DNA of 64,000 nucleotides from Cenarchaeum sp. (GTDB lineage Archaea; Thermoproteota; Nitrososphaeria; Nitrososphaerales; Nitrosopumilaceae): NCBI GenBank assembly GCA_965242695.1, contig CBDESU010000002.1, positions 416,001 to 480,000 of the forward strand, read 5' to 3'. Shown piece by piece: positions 10,340 to 20,613 of this stretch (position 1 is its first letter; each line of letters starts with the position of its first letter). The notes under the pieces were generated by a model. It saw only the letters and a program-made list of their open reading frames with translations, ran no database searches and was not told where the DNA came from. The position numbers and the translations under genes were made by a program.

Positions 10340-11835
10340 GCGAGGCGCTCGAAAAGAACCGGCGCGCCCTCTTGCGGGCCGGCGGGGACGGCGCTAGTGC
10401 CGAGCTGATCGGCACGGCGAGGATCGGCGTCTGGGCGGGAGGGGAGGCGCGGCCGCAGCAGGCCGTGCTGCTCGCCGAGGCGCTAGGCGACCTGCTCGGC
10501 AGGTTCTGGCGCAACATAGACGCGGGGGGACGGGGCGGCGCGACAGTGGCAGACGCCGCGGCGGCATCGTCTAGGGCGTGCGGCGCATGTTCGCAGGTGC
10601 GGCGCACATGGCATCCCCCGTACGACTTTGCGATCGGCATAGGCGCGGACGCGCCGCCCGGCTCGGCGGCGGACGGCGTTACTGTGGGGGCCGACGGCTG
10701 GACGGTCGGCGCCGGATCGGGCGCGGCCATGGGAGGCGGCGCCAACCCCTTCGGCCCCCTCGTGGCGGCCGCGCTGGCGTCGGCAGAGGCCGTAAAGTCC
10801 GTGTTCTCGATCGGCGAGGCCCGCGGTGCGAGGCGGCTTCCACCTTCGTATGAATGGGATGCGCTGCACGGCAGGGCATGGGTGGAGCAGGAGGAAGAAG
10901 GCCTCAACCTGGGGGAGGTTCACGTGTTCGGGGTCGGCGCCGTGACCCACGCCATGCTCTGGGCCCTAGCAAGGTGGCCATGGGGCGTCGCGGGCACGCT
11001 GCACCTTGTCGACCCCGACGCGTACGATGCGGGAAACCCGCAGCGCTACATGGGCACCGCGGCGGAGGACATCGGGTTGTCAAAGGCGGTAGCAACAGCA
11101 GACAGGCTTCGGCTCGCCTGCCCGGCCCTGGACGTGCTGGCCCACGAGACGGATATGAACAGCTACTTTGGGGATACGGGGGACTTTTACGTACAAACCG
11201 CGGTATGCGGGCTGGACTCGGCGGAGGCGAGACGGCAGCTGGGCCTCAAGCTACCCCGTACAATAGTCAACATGTGGACGTCCGGGTTCCACGCCGGCGC
11301 ATCGGCGTTCTCGTTCGATGATGGCTGGCCCTGCATACACTGCGCCTATCCAGAGCCGGACGGAACAGAGCCGAGCGCGGTCAAGCTCATCCAGGACGCG
11401 ACCGGGCTGGAGGCGAGGCGGATCCGCGAGCTGCTCGGGTCAGGCAGGTGCATTGACGAGAGGGATGCCGAGGCCATCGCCGCCGCCACAGGCATGGCCG
11501 CCGGCGAGGTATCCTTAAAGCCGATCAGGGGCGTACGGGCGGACATGTGCGCCACCGGCAGGATCGCGGCCCCCGGCGGACGGGAGGGGGAGGAGGCCGA
11601 CGTGCCGCTCGCGTTTGCCAGTGCGATGGCAGGCGCGGCAGGGTTTGCCGAGCTGCTGCACGTAACGCGGGGCGTGCGGCGCGAGCCGGGGCAGTTTCAG
11701 ACGTCGGTCCTGACGTACCCGACGCGCCACTCGTGGAAGCGGCGGGGCAGGAGTGCGAGCTGCCACCTCTGCACCGATTCCGTCCGGCGGCTAGCCCGCG
11801 ACAAGTATGCGGGCGCGGAGGCCATGGCGCAATGA
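10336..11835 (+). CDS. bilD: E1/ThiF activating enzyme with N-terminal inactive adenylation-like domain (BilD-like)
   Basis: GVGAV, VDPD...NPQRY, GLDSAEARR, CIHC and CHLC zinc motifs, DMCATG candidate catalytic Cys; GTGA overlap with the JAB stop. Confidence 0.88.
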   Translation: MSEALEKNRRALLRAGGDGASAELIGTARIGVWAGGEARPQQAVLLAEALGDLLGRFWRNIDAGGRGGATVADAAAASSRACGACSQVRRTWHPPYDFAIGIGADAPPGSAADGVTVGADGWTVGAGSGAAMGGGANPFGPLVAAALASAEAVKSVFSIGEARGARRLPPSYEWDALHGRAWVEQEEEGLNLGEVHVFGVGAVTHAMLWALARWPWGVAGTLHLVDPDAYDAGNPQRYMGTAAEDIGLSKAVATADRLRLACPALDVLAHETDMNSYFGDTGDFYVQTAVCGLDSAEARRQLGLKLPRTIVNMWTSGFHAGASAFSFDDGWPCIHCAYPEPDGTEPSAVKLIQDATGLEARRIRELLGSGRCIDERDAEAIAAATGMAAGEVSLKPIRGVRADMCATGRIAAPGGREGEEADVPLAFASAMAGAAGFAELLHVTRGVRREPGQFQTSVLTYPTRHSWKRRGRSASCHLCTDSVRRLARDKYAGAEAMAQ

Positions 11836-12992
11836 ATCAGCCCAGCGGCGGCGCAGGCGCGCGCCCGCACAGGAATAGCCGCGGAAATGGACAGGGCGGT
11901 ATGAACCGCATTGCGTTGTTTCTGGGAGCTGGCGCGTCCGTCCCGTACGGCATGCCTACAACGAAGAAGCTTCGGGAAAAACTGGGCCAAAACTTTCCCC
12001 GCCAGGATCTTGTAGACAGTGCTCGATTTCCCGACGCCGAGCATATACTACAGGCACTTGATGACGAGATTCGTTTTGCAAATACATCGGCAGGGACACA
12101 TCACCGCGGAAATAACACACCATTTGGCGATCTGATCAAACAGTCGGGGCGCGCAAGAAACTACCTAGAAAGTCTCGTGCGATCGTCCTATGTTTGGAAT
12201 TCGGCCGCGGACTCAACCGCCGTGGATGTCTTAAGCGCGCTCTTTGGGCTTGTCAAGTCGGACAACGGAGACGTCACCGTATTCACGACAAACTATGATG
12301 GAGCCATCGAAAGGTACTGCAGGCACGCCGAGGTAGCCACCGAATGCATAGACGGCTTTGTGCCGTGCCGAAAAAGCAAGGAGTTTGTCTGGTCGGGCGA
12401 CTTTACTCCCAGCGACGAGTCCGCCCGTAGCAGGGTGTTCCTCTACAAGCTGCATGGGTCTATGAACTGGCAACAGAGTATGGAAGACGGCACAAAAGTG
12501 ACGGTTAGAAAGCCGGACAAGAGTACGCCGATGTACAGATCTGACGATGCGTACATACGGCCCACGTTACGCATCAAAGACGAGGATATGCGAGAAGAGC
12601 CGTTTGCCACACTCCTAGGCAGGTTCGACAAGATCCCCGAGTTGTTCGATGTCTGCATCGCGATTGGCTGCTCGTTTAGGGACAAGCACATACACGACAA
12701 GTTTGTCGAGTTCATTAAAAGCGGCAAGACCTTGATTGCAGTAGGCCCGGAAGCAGCGTCCGACTTTTCTACCGCATTGGGAAAACCTCCTGACTCTGCC
12801 ACAAAAAGCTCTTGGGAGAAGATGCAACTGTGCAACATGCCCTACAAGCAGGATAGGGCAGACGGGTTCTATGCCGTGCATATGAGACTAGGTGAAGACA
12901 ACACGGAATCCGTCATAAACGCAATAAGACCGATACTTGAGAAATCGGCCAGCCCCAATCGCATAGGCTACATTGCAGAAGCAAATACGTGA
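11832..12992 (+). CDS. SIR2-like (SIR2_2) putative NADase
   Basis: LFLGAGAS...P, FTTNYD, YKLHGS, IGCSFRD; ATG 11832 overlaps the E1 stop (alternative ATG 11901). Confidence 0.9.
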   Translation: MNQPSGGAGARPHRNSRGNGQGGMNRIALFLGAGASVPYGMPTTKKLREKLGQNFPRQDLVDSARFPDAEHILQALDDEIRFANTSAGTHHRGNNTPFGDLIKQSGRARNYLESLVRSSYVWNSAADSTAVDVLSALFGLVKSDNGDVTVFTTNYDGAIERYCRHAEVATECIDGFVPCRKSKEFVWSGDFTPSDESARSRVFLYKLHGSMNWQQSMEDGTKVTVRKPDKSTPMYRSDDAYIRPTLRIKDEDMREEPFATLLGRFDKIPELFDVCIAIGCSFRDKHIHDKFVEFIKSGKTLIAVGPEAASDFSTALGKPPDSATKSSWEKMQLCNMPYKQDRADGFYAVHMRLGEDNTESVINAIRPILEKSASPNRIGYIAEANT

Positions 12993-14201
12993 GACATGGA
13001 ATGGTATTCCCAAGTATGGGGGCTCTATCAAAGTTGACAAAAACTGGCAAGGCGTCAACAATCCTTCACCCCTGTGGCGGTATAGCAAGGAGGCGGCCGG
13101 ATGTGGCCGGCCCTACGGTGCGGCGGGCTTGCGGGAATCGTGGATTGCGGCGCGGCATCGCCGCCGCCGCAGTCCCGACCGCGGTCGGGCCGCAGCCCGA
13201 CCGCCAAAGAGATCGCGGCGTACCGCAAGGGCTCTACCACGTACTTTGGCCTCCTGTGCCCTTACAGTGCCAGCTCGCGCATCGACACGGCGCCCCCGAT
13301 CGTGGCCTCGCCCCGCAGCGCGAGGTATGCGCCATACGCGAGGGGTACGTGGACAGGCATCCGGTCAGGACCAGGCACGAGAATGCGATGCCGCGCCTGT
13401 TCGGCCACACGCAGGTCGACGGCATGCCGGCGCACTCGGAGGACGCGGAGGGGGGGGCATGCGCAACGTAGCAAGGCGGTGCATGGATGCGCACGTGCAG
13501 TTCAAGGGGCCGCGCGGCGGGGGCGTCGGGTCGAGAAAGATGGCGATCGCGGCCAGCGGCAGAAGGCTGGTCACGTCGATGGGCAGGGCGGCGACGTGCG
13601 CCCTTTCCGATCCCGACTGGAACATGCTCGACGGGCCGCCGGCGGGGGAGCCGCCGGCATGTATGCCCCCGGGCGGCGGAGACGGCGGGGCAAGGAGCGG
13701 CGGCGCCGGATGACGGAAGCCGGTAGGCCTAGAGGAGGAGGGACCGGCCGCGCCCACCGCGGCCTCCTATCTCCCTGCCGGCGCCGCGGGTTGACGGCAG
13801 GTTGATGCGCCCCGCCCCAGCCGCCGCGCTGCGGGCATGCACACGGCCCGTTCTCCGCCCTCTGCACCCTCTTACCCAGTGCCGCCGCCATGGTCGTCCC
13901 GCCGACGCAGCGGCGCAACGTCGATCGCGCCAGCGCCGGACGCGGTGGCGCCTCCAAGGCGACCACCACGGCTCACCCTAGGACCTGAGCTCTCGCGATC
14001 ATCGCACTTGGGCCGGCGCCAGCGCCCATGCGCCTCTACATTAGGCCAATTTTCGGACTCATAATAGACGGGGCACCCGTCGCGCGGGACGCCGTCGATA
14101 TGCCGATCTAGACGCCAATGGGTAGTGGGCTTGAGCTCACGCCCAAATACGCACGGGTCGATCGCACAACGTTTATAGTATGAGAGTCGCGGCCTGGCCA
14201 C

Positions 14202-14780
14202 ATGGTCAAGATTGACGAGGGAGCGGGTGACCAGGAAGCGTCCGTAAGACAGAATGGAGGGGATCAGCTAAAGATGCCAGGTGAACTCTACAATGAAATG
14301 CAACGCGAGCTCCAATTCCAGTACGATGTAAACTCAAGCCTGGACAGAAAGGCGCAAAACCTGATGATTGCGACTGCGCTTGCAGCGGCACAGTTTATCA
14401 CCTTAGCAGCGGCCAGCAAAGTGGGCTGGTTGGACCAGTATCCAGTGTGGCAAAGCGGTGCGTTTATCTTCCTGGTGGGCATGATTATCACCACCGCACT
14501 GTGTATATTTGTCAACCGTGAGCGGCCCCACCCTCTGCCGAGTCCCAAGGAGAAAATACTGCGCTCTGACAAGTTTGACGACAAGGCGTATAGAAGGTTG
14601 ATTGCCGTCGATGGGAACGACTACTGTAAGCTGCGTATTAAAGAGTATTCGCTGACCGCGGCGGAGCAGGAGCGTATAAACAAGAAAAAGGCAAAGCTTC
14701 TAAACGCGGCATATAGCGCGTTTGTCATATGTATCATTGCGGTCATTCCTGCGTTGGTTGTCGGGTTTAAAATCCCATAG
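14202..14780 (+). CDS. Pycsar-effector-like membrane protein
   Basis: SSLDRKAQNL followed by 2 TM, and INKKKAKLLNAAY followed by a C-terminal TM; TTTATA at about 14172-14177. Confidence 0.5.
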   Translation: MVKIDEGAGDQEASVRQNGGDQLKMPGELYNEMQRELQFQYDVNSSLDRKAQNLMIATALAAAQFITLAAASKVGWLDQYPVWQSGAFIFLVGMIITTALCIFVNRERPHPLPSPKEKILRSDKFDDKAYRRLIAVDGNDYCKLRIKEYSLTAAEQERINKKKAKLLNAAYSAFVICIIAVIPALVVGFKIP

Positions 14781-15212
14781 TCAGACACCTTTCCTTCGCT
14801 ACGCGGCAAGTGGCCGCAAAGCGCCGCGCCCCCACATCCCGGGCAATCGGGAGTGGTGATTCGACCGTCTGGTTGTCATTTTTGACACAAATGCTGCTGT
14901 AGTTATTGTAATCAAGGTTCTTTTGGCAGAGGGGCTAGCCGCACTCCGCCCAAAGTCGACGCAGAATTGCCGGTTTTTCACGCCCGGTCGGGCGTCGGTG
15001 GCTGCGCGCCGAACGCCTCTACGGAGTCGGGACTGTGTGGGTTCCCTTGGTCTTTTGCCCATGCTCCGATGGCGAACAAAAGCTGGTGCGTGGTCAAGCT
15101 AACTTTACCTTACTTCGCAAGCTCATGACTACAGTCAAAAAAATGGGCGGTGGTGAGCCATGGAGCGTTGTTGCAAGTCAGCACCCTGCACCAAAGGATG
15201 CAACAAGCACTA

Positions 15213-15407
15213 CTAACTTTTGAACTCGAATCGAGCATGCCCGCACGCGGCACAAGCCCATGCAGTGAGCATTGCAAGTGATCGCTCACTTTTGCCCATT
15301 TTACTTGTCGGCATGCCGTCGTCCCCCCTTGTCGCAAACATACCAAGTTGATAGGGTCCGTTCCAAATGTTTGCTCCACAGTAAGGACATACTGGGATCT
15401 TATACAT
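15213..15407 (-). CDS. small zinc-ribbon protein
   Basis: CPYCG...CAACG; CTTATAAA about 24 nt upstream. Confidence 0.65.
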   Translation of the reverse strand: MYKIPVCPYCGANIWNGPYQLGMFATRGDDGMPTSKMGKSERSLAMLTAWACAACGHARFEFKS

Positions 15408-15524
15408 TGGAAAAATGGCAACAGGGTGTCTTTATAAGTGCTTTGTGTCATAAATGCGGGATTTGACGACTAAAATTCGATGCGGTGGGCCAAGACGCGG
15501 GCATGGTGACTAGGGCATGGGCTA

Positions 15525-15745
15525 AATCGGGCCGTATGACGCCGTCCTTGACATGCCGCCGTGGGCGCCCACGGTGCAAACGGCATCGCTGTACTCCCCT
15601 AACAGGTCCAGATAGCCGCCGGCCGGGCCGTCATCGACGGCATCACCTCGGCGTCCTGGCGGGTCGGGGCCAGAGCAGTGTCTATGCGCTCGCGCAGGTA
15701 GGGTCGCGTGTCGTGGACGGATATGACGATGGGAACCCTCAGGGG
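15525..15745 (-). pseudogene. GT2 glycosyltransferase N-terminal remnant
   Basis: VPIVISVHDTRPYLRERIDTALAPTRQDAEV, then a frameshift, then AVDDGPAGGYLDLLGEYSD. Confidence 0.65.
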
Positions 15746-15996
15746 GATCGCCTTCCTTGGCGGGGATGCGGGACGCGCGCAAGGGGGCTGGGCAGCGCGC
15801 CAGAGGGGGCATCCGGGACGCGGGCAGGACCACTATCCTCGGCACGCTTCCCGCCCGGAGGGCAGCTATCCCGTCAGGAGCGATCCGCCGCATCGGCGCC
15901 AGGGAAGAAATCCCGGTGCGGGTTCCACATGTGCGCCGCCTGCGGCCGCAGGGGCCTTTCGTTAGGTATAAAAACCCTCTGAGGCGCCTCGGAGGC

Positions 15997-16881
15997 ATGG
16001 CAAGTGGGACGGATCGGCAGAATGGTGCGCAGTGCCAGCCCGCGGCGCAGGCATCAAACGCCCGCGAGTGGCTTGAAATCGCGCGGCAGGATATCGAAGT
16101 GATGCGGCTGTGCCATGACAACGGCCACTACGGGGCGTCGGCCTACCACTGCCAGCAGGCGCTGGAAAAGATCATAAAGTTTACGGTTGTCAAGTATGGT
16201 CTCGTAGAGGATCCCGCCGACCTTAACCACTATGTCGTAGAGGAACTGGTTGAGCAGCTAATGGCGGATCTCCCAGAAGGTCCAGGGACAAGAGAGGCAT
16301 GGGGAATGGCCCGCGAACTGTTACGGGCTCTCAGAAAAAGCTCTCGGGGCTGCGAGGCCCAGCAAAGCGGCTGCGTCTCGCCCAAGGATTCCCTGTGGCT
16401 CGAGTCGCTCGGCGTAACCCAGACCAGCCCGAAACTGGCCAAGATGATGGACAGGGCCAAGATGCCTCCCACGCCCCCCTTGGAAGAGCTTTTTGCACGG
16501 TGTTTGCCAGAGAAGCACAAGGATATCATGGAAGATGTGCAGGAAGCCATGAAAAAAGGCGACAAAAATTCTGCGATCATGGCAGCAGTCTTCAAGCCCA
16601 CCAAGCTCCTCTGGGAAAAATTCAAAGAAAGATACAAGCCACACGGAGAACGCAGGGAACTTGGTAGGAAAGAGGCCAAGGTATGCCTTCTGCTCTGGCT
16701 GATGGCAAATATGGACACGTTTCTCAAGGCCACACCCCATGTGGAATACGGTCGCTATCCCGGAGTGGTGCGCGAAAGATCGCGCATCGCGTGGTACAGC
16801 GAACGTCGGGACGACCTTCTAGCCTTAGAGACATCAGCCTGCATGGCCTTTGACGAGCTGTGCGAGATGGTGGGGAACTAG
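15997..16881 (+). CDS. HEPN-domain protein with large insertion
   Basis: EWLEIARQDI...ASAYHCQQALEKIIK...H...YGRYPG; TATAAAAA at 15967-15974. Confidence 0.8.
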   Translation: MASGTDRQNGAQCQPAAQASNAREWLEIARQDIEVMRLCHDNGHYGASAYHCQQALEKIIKFTVVKYGLVEDPADLNHYVVEELVEQLMADLPEGPGTREAWGMARELLRALRKSSRGCEAQQSGCVSPKDSLWLESLGVTQTSPKLAKMMDRAKMPPTPPLEELFARCLPEKHKDIMEDVQEAMKKGDKNSAIMAAVFKPTKLLWEKFKERYKPHGERRELGRKEAKVCLLLWLMANMDTFLKATPHVEYGRYPGVVRERSRIAWYSERRDDLLALETSACMAFDELCEMVGN

Positions 16882-17447
16882 CGGTGCGCGCAGGCAACGG
16901 ATGCGGGCTGATCGCGAGCATGCTTTGAGCGCACACCCTGTTGCCCCTGACATGCTCCATGGATGTGAGTTGGCAGCGCCGCAGATCCCTCCCCCTCCCA
17001 AGCGGCCCGCCGTCAGAGGCCGTGCGAGCCATGGCATGCATCTGCCAAGCACGCAGCAGCCAGCGCGCGTGCTCTTGCCATACCGTGCCATCCCCCGCCC
17101 GGCCGCATGGGGCGCATGCCCGAGTGGGCCTCCATGGCATGCACGCCCCGTACTGCAATCCCTTTTCGCCTGCTCCCGTACAGCCGATACGGGCCTTTGG
17201 GCGCCGCAGTCTGTGCAGGCGCAGGCGGCGGGCAGGGCCTCAGGACGCCCCAGCCCACGACAAGCCTGCGCCTAGCTGCACGGCGAGATGGCGGTGGGCG
17301 CCTGCGGCCAAGGCAGCCCTGCCGCCAATGCGCAGGGCGAAGACATGCCCGCCTGCCGACGGCGTGACAAGACGTATGCAACGATAAAAAAGGGGGCAAT
17401 TTTGCCTGCTCGGCGTTGCGCCGATCGATCATGGATGTCAGCGTCAT

Positions 17448-17474
17448 AAAAAAAACACACCGTGGCGGTGTGTT
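17448..17474 (-). terminator. hairpin plus T-tract downstream of micro-ORF 1
   Basis: 9-bp stem AACACACCG/CGGTGTGTT running into a T8 tract on the minus strand. Confidence 0.7.
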
Positions 17475-17481
17475 CTTCACC

Positions 17482-17553
17482 CTACATCAATTTGTAGACC
17501 GAATTGATTACTCTTAGCGGCGCTTTTGCTCGTTGTATACGATGTTTCGTCAT
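17482..17553 (-). CDS. 23-aa micropeptide, copy 1 (MTKHRIQRAKAPLRVINSVYKLM)
   Basis: SD GGAGGTG at 17562-17568, TTTATATAT at about 17613-17621, downstream terminator, homolog at 50824-50895. Confidence 0.75.
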   Translation of the reverse strand: MTKHRIQRAKAPLRVINSVYKLM

Positions 17554-17991
17554 ATCATGGACACCTCCGTACCTATTACTACGTGCATGTTACTAATAAG
17601 GTTATCGATAAGATATATAAATCTTGATATTCAACATAATGCAAAAAAGCTGGTAGTGCTAACTAGTCAATAGTTTACATATAAAACATCGAAAACGGGA
17701 GGATGCCGAAAAGGCGGTGAAAATCCACAAAGCTTCAAAAACAACAGGGATGGTTGAAGTCGTGCGGCAGGTTCAGCCCCGCGGGGCAGGCCGAGGCGCT
17801 GTGCAGCCGTGGCATGCCCTGCTGTGCCGGCCGATCAAGTCCGTGTCGGCGGGTAGCACCAAGAAGGACGCGGAGTAGCCCGAGCCCAAGACACTTGCAT
17901 CCCGACTGATCATGGTCCCCGTATCCTGCCGTCCGTGAGGGGCGCGGCGAGACAGATTATTCAGGGGAGTGGGGGCAGGGACAAGCAGGTC

Positions 17992-18082
17992 TAGTCACGA
18001 GCGCATGTTCTTGACCCCCTTTTTGTTGCATCGACGCCTAATCGATGCACGTAAAAGGGTCAGAAACTTATGCTCGGGACTA
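17992..18082. repeat. long imperfect inverted repeat (about 40-bp arms)
   Basis: tagtcacgagc...tgacccc...tgcatcga pairs with tcgatgca...gggtca...gctcgggacta. Confidence 0.7.
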
Positions 18083-18088
18083 TCGTTG

Positions 18089-19021
18089 TCATGCACCCAA
18101 GCCTGAGACATCCATCTCGCGCGGCCGTGTCCCACCCGAGTCCGGGACTTCAACCTGCCGCTTTTTCATGAATGCGTATGCATAAGCAAAGAACGACAGG
18201 CAGTCGTCCAGCAGTGCCTGCGCTTTTTTTTGCCCCTCGTCTGTTCGATCTGGGTGCGGCTCGCCGTATCGCATGCTATCTCGTATTTGGCGTATTGTCA
18301 AATAAGAATCGGCAAAGTTCAGGCTGTGTAACTTGTCGAATTGTTTTAGTGCCAAAAATATCGCCTTGTGTTCAGACTTTAGGGGCAGTTGCCTGTACAA
18401 TAGAAGCATGGACTCGGCAAGTAGTTCGCAGGAGGACCAGAGCGACTCGTAGAAGGACGGCATGTTGTTTTTTTCGTTGGCTGTCACTGCAGAATGTAAG
18501 AATGCAATGGCTCGATCTAGCTTTCCACGCACCACTCCTCGGTTGTAGACTAGATCAGCCTTTCCGTACCATTTGCCGTGCAGCTGCACCAGCGATACCG
18601 TCGCGGCGTTAGGATCTGCCTTCTCACTTTCAATCCTCAGCAGTTCCTGCACATCCCCGTCACAGATGGGATCGTTATATTTAAATTCTTTGTTGATCCT
18701 ACATGTGAGCTTGAGGCCCGAATTGTCATTAATAAATATACGGTTTTTTAACTCATCGGGATACATTTCCAGATGGGCGGCGTATAGGTGAAAGTCTTCG
18801 GGGACATTCTTTCCCTTGAAGGTCTCCAGTACGTGCGGATATACATAATCGCAAAGAATACCGTGTATGATGCTTCTAGCAAAAATTCGTGTAGTGTCGG
18901 TGCCGCTCGTCTCGTTATATAATTCAAACTGCGTCAGCACCGAAGAAATCTGGCCAGGCCCGGCCGACTCGAGGGCTATGCCCACTAGGGACTCGACGGG
19001 GGGCTTCCTTGTGTCGGTCAT
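18089..19021 (-). CDS. protein with C-terminal HEPN domain
   Basis: LDRAIAFLHSA...LWSSCELLAESML...SEHKAI...IRDSMRYG; start taken at MTDTRK. Confidence 0.7.
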   Translation of the reverse strand: MTDTRKPPVESLVGIALESAGPGQISSVLTQFELYNETSGTDTTRIFARSIIHGILCDYVYPHVLETFKGKNVPEDFHLYAAHLEMYPDELKNRIFINDNSGLKLTCRINKEFKYNDPICDGDVQELLRIESEKADPNAATVSLVQLHGKWYGKADLVYNRGVVRGKLDRAIAFLHSAVTANEKNNMPSFYESLWSSCELLAESMLLLYRQLPLKSEHKAIFLALKQFDKLHSLNFADSYLTIRQIRDSMRYGEPHPDRTDEGQKKAQALLDDCLSFFAYAYAFMKKRQVEVPDSGGTRPREMDVSGLGA

Positions 19022-19647
19022 GGCTGTTTCCAGCGGCTGGGTGCTTGAGGGGTACTTGAATATGTCGATCGGGCGATTCGCAGTAACAAGCGCGGCTACG
19101 GGAAAGACGGGCCTCTCGCCCTGTGCCCGTGCCCCAGCTGGCACCGCCTCATGCTGGCGCACGGCCCTGCGTAGCGGACGAAGTGCGCCTTGCGCCTGTG
19201 CCCGTGCGCCAGCTGGCGCCATCCCGCCGCAAGGCCTGCACGGCTTGCCGAGCTCTCGCGTATGGTGGACGGAAGATTGGTAGACTAGCCGCTACGCGCC
19301 AGCGGTTCCCGCCCTTAAGATACGAAGGAGTAGTCACGGGGGGGCCCACAAAGCCTCAAGGTGCCGCATATCGACCGGGGTGGTACGATCGGCGTCGTGT
19401 CGCGGGCATTGGTGCAGCGGCAGACAAGCTGCGATGCGTATGGAGCAGGATGCAGGCGGGTATTCGGCGGAGTGTCCGATCCTGTCGTCAACTACCCTAC
19501 GTTAGCAAAAAAAAAGCAGGATGGTGACATGTATAGACGTACGATCCCCAAAAAGGGCCAAAGCCTAGCGGCGGTGCGGGAAGTGTGCGAGTACGGGTGT
19601 GAAGAGAGCAGTCGAGCTGCACAAGGGCTGTGGGACGCAACCCGCCG

Positions 19648-20613
19648 TCAATTCCACCGAGTTCGTCCATTAGGTGGCATGAATTTTTTTACGTCGTCGC
19701 TCATGTCGATCGTGCCATGTAATAAGAATGGTGCTCCGTGCTTTAAGTGCTTCAAGAGTTTTTCAGCTACAAAATAAATTTTTGCAAGTAGATCTTTCAC
19801 GTCGTCCTTGTGCTTTGCGTAAATCTTTTTTGAGTCCACGCCGTCTAATTTCGTAGGGTACCGCGATATTTGTTGGTGTGCATAGGAAGGAGCTAGCACA
19901 CCAAGAATTATTATCATATTTGCCTGAGCAAACAGTTGTTCCACATCTAGAACGCCATTCCCAGAAATTTTTTTATTGTTTAACAACGATCGGGATCTGT
20001 AGGCTTCACTCTTCCTGCTTTTGTTTTTATTAACATTTGAAGCGACGGCAATGAGCTTAGACTGCTTGATGGATATGCACTTGTCAGGAGTTTGTTCATA
20101 CGAATGTTGATGTCCAGTCTGTATCTGGGCTGTTTTTTCACCCCAGTCCGATAGCGCTTTCCAAAATTTGTCAAATTCATCCCTTTTGTTGTCGGCAAGT
20201 TTGATGCTAAGTGACGACTTCCACAATTGCGCCTGTAGATCCTTATTTTTCATCATGTCAAACGCTTTTTGAAGATTGTACAGCTGGTCAAGGGCCCGCT
20301 CTAGTTGTTCCTTGTTGGGAGGCTCACGTCCTATGTTTGACTTTGTAGTTTCGATCATCTTTTTGACGGCCGCGGGATAGGGAAAATGCCCTGCTGCCAC
20401 CGCCTTGCTGATAATTCCGTAGTGTAGCATGTACGCTTTGACGCAAAGCTCCAGTCCCTCATTGGCCGAGAATACGGCGTACCTCAGATCGCCCTTCCCG
20501 AACAGCATGCGGCTCCTCTCTATGTTCTCCTGGGCGTACTCTAGGTACGGCTCGATCTCCACCGGGGCGACAGCACGGCTCTCGGGTTGCATCCCCGCGT
20601 GGCTCGGCGTCAT
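19648..20613 (-). CDS. HEPN-domain protein with large insertion
   Basis: YLEYAQENIERS...YAVFSANEGLELCVKA...GH...ISRYP; start uncertain (20613 or 20592). Confidence 0.78.
   Translation of the reverse strand: MTPSHAGMQPESRAVAPVEIEPYLEYAQENIERSRMLFGKGDLRYAVFSANEGLELCVKAYMLHYGIISKAVAAGHFPYPAAVKKMIETTKSNIGREPPNKEQLERALDQLYNLQKAFDMMKNKDLQAQLWKSSLSIKLADNKRDEFDKFWKALSDWGEKTAQIQTGHQHSYEQTPDKCISIKQSKLIAVASNVNKNKSRKSEAYRSRSLLNNKKISGNGVLDVEQLFAQANMIIILGVLAPSYAHQQISRYPTKLDGVDSKKIYAKHKDDVKDLLAKIYFVAEKLLKHLKHGAPFLLHGTIDMSDDVKKFMPPNGRTRWN

Noticed and set aside
13100-13720. Possible frameshifted gene after the SIR2
   Set aside because: Protein-like patches in several frames but no recognisable family.
19120-19220. 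Near-identical 26-bp direct repeat upstream of a HEPN gene
   Set aside because: Two copies only; no function can be supported.
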